From: Lentisphaeria bacterium
GTDB taxonomy: Bacteria; Verrucomicrobiota; Lentisphaeria; JABSQK01; JAWLHB01
Assembly: GCA_041690595.1 (NCBI GenBank)
Contig: JAWLHB010000047.1
Location: forward strand, 47,031 to 67,030
Direction: 5' to 3'
DNA length: 20,000 bases
The notes below the pieces were generated by a model. The model was not told where the DNA came from. It saw nothing but the letters and a program-made list of their open reading frames with translations, and searched no databases. The number at the start of each line of letters is the position of its first letter. Position 1 is the first letter of the stretch. Made by a program: the position numbers and the translations under genes. Positions 16,445 to 20,000 of the stretch are shown here, in pieces.

Positions 16445-17044
16445 ATGAGCGATGGAGTCGATGTCTATGCGGCAGGGACGCAGTTGGCCGGGGTCATGTG
16501 CTGGGTATGCCAGACACGCATCATGGCCGGCGACGAGATCGTCTTCTGTCCCCATGACCAGCTGCCGACCCACGCCGAATGCTGGGAGAACAACGAGGGC
16601 TGCCCGGTCTACGGCTGTGAAGCAGCCCCCGACCACGGCCACTTGGCCGTTCAGGCACTCGGTTCCCAGACCGGTGCGGCCAACTACCAATGCCCCTCCT
16701 GCCGACGAATGGTCAAGCCCAACTTCCTCCAATGCAACTACTGCGGCGTCGACTTCTCATTGCAGAATGTCGTAAGCGGCCTCGAAAACGAAGATTACAA
16801 ATACCGCGGTCAGCACGACCACCGCCAGCAGCGCGGCCTCTGGCTCCTCCTCCTCTGCACGATTACCGGCATCCTCGCGCCCATCGCCCTCATACTCTGT
16901 GCTACCCTCATGATGAAAGGCTCCATGGGGCGGCTGCGCCTCAGTCACCTCTTTCGCGATTCACGCATGCTCTTCTATGGCACCTTCACCCTCAGCGCCG
17001 TGACCACCATTCTCCTTCTGGTCCTCATCGCTTTCGACCTGTAA
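16445..17044 (+). CDS. Prokaryotic RING finger (Prok-RING_1-like) + zinc ribbon + two C-terminal TM helices; candidate membrane E3 ligase
   Basis: C19-x2-C22-x12-C35-x2-D38-x4-H43-x2-C46-W-x5-C53-x4-C58, then C83-x2-C86-x10-C97-x2-C100. Hydrophobic segments GLWLLLLCTITGILAPIALILCATLMM and LFYGTFTLSAVTTILLLVLIAF. Starts 3 bp after the FHA gene. Confidence 0.82.
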   Translation: MSDGVDVYAAGTQLAGVMCWVCQTRIMAGDEIVFCPHDQLPTHAECWENNEGCPVYGCEAAPDHGHLAVQALGSQTGAANYQCPSCRRMVKPNFLQCNYCGVDFSLQNVVSGLENEDYKYRGQHDHRQQRGLWLLLLCTITGILAPIALILCATLMMKGSMGRLRLSHLFRDSRMLFYGTFTLSAVTTILLLVLIAFDL

Positions 17045-17059
17045 CCGGCTTACCCCAGC

Positions 17060-17962
17060 TTGCACATGAATGTCCGCTACAGACGTTTGACCGCCGATTA
17101 CGAACGCATCCAGCAGATGCTTCAGAGTACCCCCCATATCCGCATTGCCGAAAAGATCGGCAATCCGCCCGAGCGCTACGAACTGGAGTATGGCATCAAG
17201 AGCCTGGTCAAGGATCCCAGGAGCGGCAAGATCCGCGAGGAGAAGCTCTTTCGCGTCGAAATGACGCTCGGCGATGCGTATCCGCGCATGGCGCCTCAAT
17301 GCCGCATGGTCAACCCCGTTTTCCATCCCAATATCGTCACCGATGCCATCTGCGTGACCGACTACTGGTCGGCCGGCTCCAGCCTCGCCAGGCTGCTCGT
17401 GCGCATCGGAGAGCTGCTCGCCTACCAGTCGTACAGCCTCAAATTCCCGCTCAATCCCGAGGCGGCCGTATGGGTCGAGAAGAACCAGGGGCGCGTCCCC
17501 ACCGACACCACGGACTTCGTGGCCATCCTTCACTCTGGCGAAGGGGTGCGCCGCAATGACGAGACCGAGATACGGGATACCGATACCTGCGTCGAGTGTG
17601 GCAAACCGGCGGGGGAAGTGCCGGTGCACATCACCGAGAGTAACCATCTCGTCTGCGAAGACTGTCTGGTCCAGTGCACGCACTGCCACGCGATCATGTC
17701 CAACCGGTCACCGCGCGAGACCTGCGAAACCTGCGGCGAGTGGACCTGCTACAAATGCATCCATCGCTGCCTGAACTGCGGGATCCTGGTCTGCACCAAT
17801 CACATGATCAAATGCGACATCTGCGAACTCGGTCACTGCGCCTCCTGCGTCGTGCAATGCGCTGACTGCGGTGCCACCGTCTGCGTCGAGCATGCCGCCC
17901 CCGCCGAACGGGATGGCGAAACGATTCACCGATGCGAGACCTGCCTCCTCCAGGAAAGCTGA
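17060..17962 (+). CDS. Ubiquitin-conjugating enzyme E2 (UBC fold) fused to a C-terminal Cys/His-rich zinc-binding array; start TTG 17060 or ATG 17066
   Basis: UBC motifs RYRRLTADY (helix 1), FRVEMTLGDAYPRMAPQCRM, VFHPNIVTDAIC (catalytic Cys codon 17351-17353), YWSAG, LLVRIGELLAYQ and PLNPEAA. C-terminus carries 12 CxxC/CxxH dyads. Confidence 0.9.
   Translation: MHMNVRYRRLTADYERIQQMLQSTPHIRIAEKIGNPPERYELEYGIKSLVKDPRSGKIREEKLFRVEMTLGDAYPRMAPQCRMVNPVFHPNIVTDAICVTDYWSAGSSLARLLVRIGELLAYQSYSLKFPLNPEAAVWVEKNQGRVPTDTTDFVAILHSGEGVRRNDETEIRDTDTCVECGKPAGEVPVHITESNHLVCEDCLVQCTHCHAIMSNRSPRETCETCGEWTCYKCIHRCLNCGILVCTNHMIKCDICELGHCASCVVQCADCGATVCVEHAAPAERDGETIHRCETCLLQES
17723..17902 (+). repeat. Four tandem 15-aa (45-bp period) C-x2-C-x4-C-x2-[CH]-x3 protein repeats in the E2 tail
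   Basis: CETCGEWTCYKCIHR / CLNCGILVCTNHMIK / CDICELGHCASCVVQ / CADCGATVCVEHAAP, with first Cys codons at 17723, 17768, 17813 and 17858. Confidence 0.85.
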
Positions 17963-17974
17963 CCCGCCCTCCCC

Positions 17975-19039
17975 TCAGGGCTGGCCAAGCAACGCGCAGG
18001 TTGCCGCGCTGATCGTGCCGCTGTCGCGCAGCTTGCATGCCTGCGTCGCCAGATCGCACTCTGGACGCCTGCCCACTTCCCGCCGCAGCGCCTCCAGATG
18101 CGGCCCCGCCGCAATGAAGTCGCGCCAGCCATCATCCGCCTCCAGGACGCCAGCCACCGGCACCGGTTGATTCTCCATTCCCCGCACCAGTCGCTGGGCC
18201 ACAACCCCCGTGATGGCCGCGCCGATCAGGAAAGGCTCGAAGCCTTGGTGGAGCATCCGCGCATAAACAGAGGCGATGTCGCCGGCGTGGTAGGTGGTGA
18301 GGATACGGTGTCCGGTGAGGGCCGCATCCAGCACCACCCGCACCACCCCCGCATCGCGCATCTCACCCACAACCAGCGTCTTCACATCCTGCCGCAACGC
18401 TGCCCGCAGTGCCGTTTCATAGTTCCACTCCGGCTGAGTTCTGGTCACCGCCGTCTGCGAAATCTCCTCGATGACGCTCTCGATCGGATCCTCCAACGTG
18501 ATGATCGAAGAGGGATCCTGATCGCACTTCAGCAGCTCGCGGATGAGCGCATAGATGGTCGTGGTCTTGCCGCACCCAGTCTGCCCGGTCAGGACGATCA
18601 AACCCGATGGCCGCATGAGCATGCGGCGCAGCGACTCGACGGCAGCCGCCGGATAGCCCAGGTCGTCCAGTTGGAACGGCATCGCCCGACGCGCCATCAT
18701 CCGCATGGTGATCCGCTCGCCATAAAGGGTCGGCATCGTCGCCACCCGAATCTCCTCGCCGTTGTTCCGGCGCATCACCCCATCCTGAGCAACCTGCGTC
18801 CGGTAAGTCAGCAGCCCCGCCAGCACCTTGATATGAGTCAGGCACTGCTCCCCGAGATTACGAGGCACCTCCTCCATATCGTGCTGAAGTCCCCCAATGC
18901 GCGCCCGAATGCGAACGCTTTCCCGGGATGGAAGCCAATAGAGGTCACTCGCCTGCCGTGCCAGCGCCTCCGCCACGATCCGCTCCACGACAGCCGGCGC
19001 CCCATGTTCTTCCACATTATGATCGACTCGCCGCGCCAT
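17975..19039 (-). CDS. GspE/PulE/PilB-family secretion ATPase, short form
   Basis: CLTHIKVLAGL...QDG, IRVATMPTLYGERITMR, Walker A GQTGCGKTTT, Asp box TLEDPIE, ALRAALRQD, Walker B LVVGEMRD, His box ALTGHRILTTYHA, GVVAQRLVR. Confidence 0.88.
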   Translation of the reverse strand: MARRVDHNVEEHGAPAVVERIVAEALARQASDLYWLPSRESVRIRARIGGLQHDMEEVPRNLGEQCLTHIKVLAGLLTYRTQVAQDGVMRRNNGEEIRVATMPTLYGERITMRMMARRAMPFQLDDLGYPAAAVESLRRMLMRPSGLIVLTGQTGCGKTTTIYALIRELLKCDQDPSSIITLEDPIESVIEEISQTAVTRTQPEWNYETALRAALRQDVKTLVVGEMRDAGVVRVVLDAALTGHRILTTYHAGDIASVYARMLHQGFEPFLIGAAITGVVAQRLVRGMENQPVPVAGVLEADDGWRDFIAAGPHLEALRREVGRRPECDLATQACKLRDSGTISAATCALLGQP

Positions 19040-19293
19040 GCAGGATCTGCCCCAAGAGGTTGACGATCGTCACCAGAAAGTCTTCCACGAAGAGTAGTCC
19101 CTCCCCCTCCCAAGTGCAATCCAATTCCAACACCTTTCCCACGCCCACAATCCACCCCAACCCGTCTGACCACGTCCGACCCGCCCGCCCCCGTCAGACT
19201 CGCTGCATTTGCTGTCGCTTGAAGTGGTGGAGTCAATAGGCGATATTCTTCAAGCCTGCACTCGGCATGGAAGTGTCTGGCAAAACTTAGCCG

Positions 19294-19698
19294 ATGATTA
19301 ATGCTGATTCTGGACTGAGTATGAATAAGCGCCTAATAGAATGGACATTTCTCGTCCACTGGAGTCTCTGTTTTCTTGGTTTCTTTGGTATTTACATGTA
19401 CGGCTGCATCAACATGGATGGACGGCTGTCACTTTTCATTATCTTCGATGCCGTTTATTTAATGTTCATGAGCCTTTTGCTTAGCTTTTCTGCATTTACT
19501 GTTGTAAGAAAAATGATGAATGGCCGAGCTATTTCCCTCTACGCAAGTGTCGCCGCGCTATATACTGCCGGAGCTTTCACGACTCTCTACGTATTTCTCT
19601 TTAAGTACCAGGAAATTGCTATTGGAACACAAATCGCTATCGCTCTTGCTTTGTTTTATACTGGAAGCATTCTCCATCGAAGAGCTTCAGTCAAGTAA
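19294..19698 (+). CDS. Hypothetical four-TM membrane protein in a low-GC segment (start 19294 or 19321)
   Basis: 134-aa ORF with four hydrophobic segments. AT-rich codon usage is unlike the rest of the window. No recognisable family. Confidence 0.55.
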   Translation: MINADSGLSMNKRLIEWTFLVHWSLCFLGFFGIYMYGCINMDGRLSLFIIFDAVYLMFMSLLLSFSAFTVVRKMMNGRAISLYASVAALYTAGAFTTLYVFLFKYQEIAIGTQIAIALALFYTGSILHRRASVK

Positions 19699-20000
19699 AG
19701 CCAGAGACTGTTCAGGCTCTTATCTGATACGTCCGACCTGGCGTGTTAAAAATTTGCCGCTTGTGGGCATTTCTGCGGAAATAAGTTCACCTCACTTTTG
19801 GATCTCCGTGATCCTCCGAATACTTTTCGGCGCTTGGCCAGGAGAGACGATCCGAGATGCTCGTCCACCCATTGCTGCGTGTCCGTACAGCGGACGTTCT
19901 CAGTAAGCGTCAAAAATACCCCATGGTGAATATTCGCTTGCTCGTGCGCACAGTATCTCCTGTGACTTGAACCCCCTACAGGAGATCATGAGGATGAGCA

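Noticed and set aside
17588..17950. Multiheme cytochrome c or ferredoxin reading of the Cys-rich tail
   Set aside because: There is only one CxxCH (CTHCH), no signal peptide and no CxxCxxCxxxC pattern. The spacing fits zinc fingers.
19278..19292. Sigma54-like TGGCA...TAGC upstream of the low-GC ORF
   Set aside because: GG-to-GC spacing is one base short of the strict -24/-12 requirement.
19520..19906. 128-aa ORF overlapping the low-GC membrane ORF
   Set aside because: Out-of-frame overlap with a more plausible ORF and no recognisable features.
1..20000. CRISPR arrays, tRNA/rRNA genes, transposases, integrases
   Set aside because: None recognised by eye. There are no regularly spaced nucleotide repeats or recombinase motifs.

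Overview
GC-rich bacterial window (roughly 60-65% GC by eye; gene content suggests a PVC-superphylum organism such as a lentisphaere or planctomycete, which is inference only) with 16 plausible CDSs. Left and middle: a MASE3-PAS-HisKA_3 sensor kinase; a minus-strand carbohydrate-catabolic trio (SGNH/SASA acetylesterase, heparinase II/III-like protein, ceramidase-like amidohydrolase); a SAM methyltransferase; a GH35 glycosidase behind an archaeal-type HAD phosphatase; and an overlapping TIM-barrel epimerase-queC-B12 radical SAM unit. The standout is a compact four-gene cassette at 15039-17962 that looks like a membrane-associated, eukaryote-like ubiquitination module. It encodes (1) a 92-aa YukD/ubiquitin-like protein ending in -AG, (2) a polytopic membrane protein with a degenerate C-terminal FHA domain, (3) a RING + zinc-ribbon + 2-TM protein (candidate E3) and (4) an HPN...C E2/UBC enzyme fused to a periodic Cys/His zinc-binding array. 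No E1 or JAB peptidase is encoded in the window. A shortened GspE/PilB-like ATPase and a low-GC membrane-protein ORF close the window. All assignments come from motif reading and recalled family knowledge; no searches were run.
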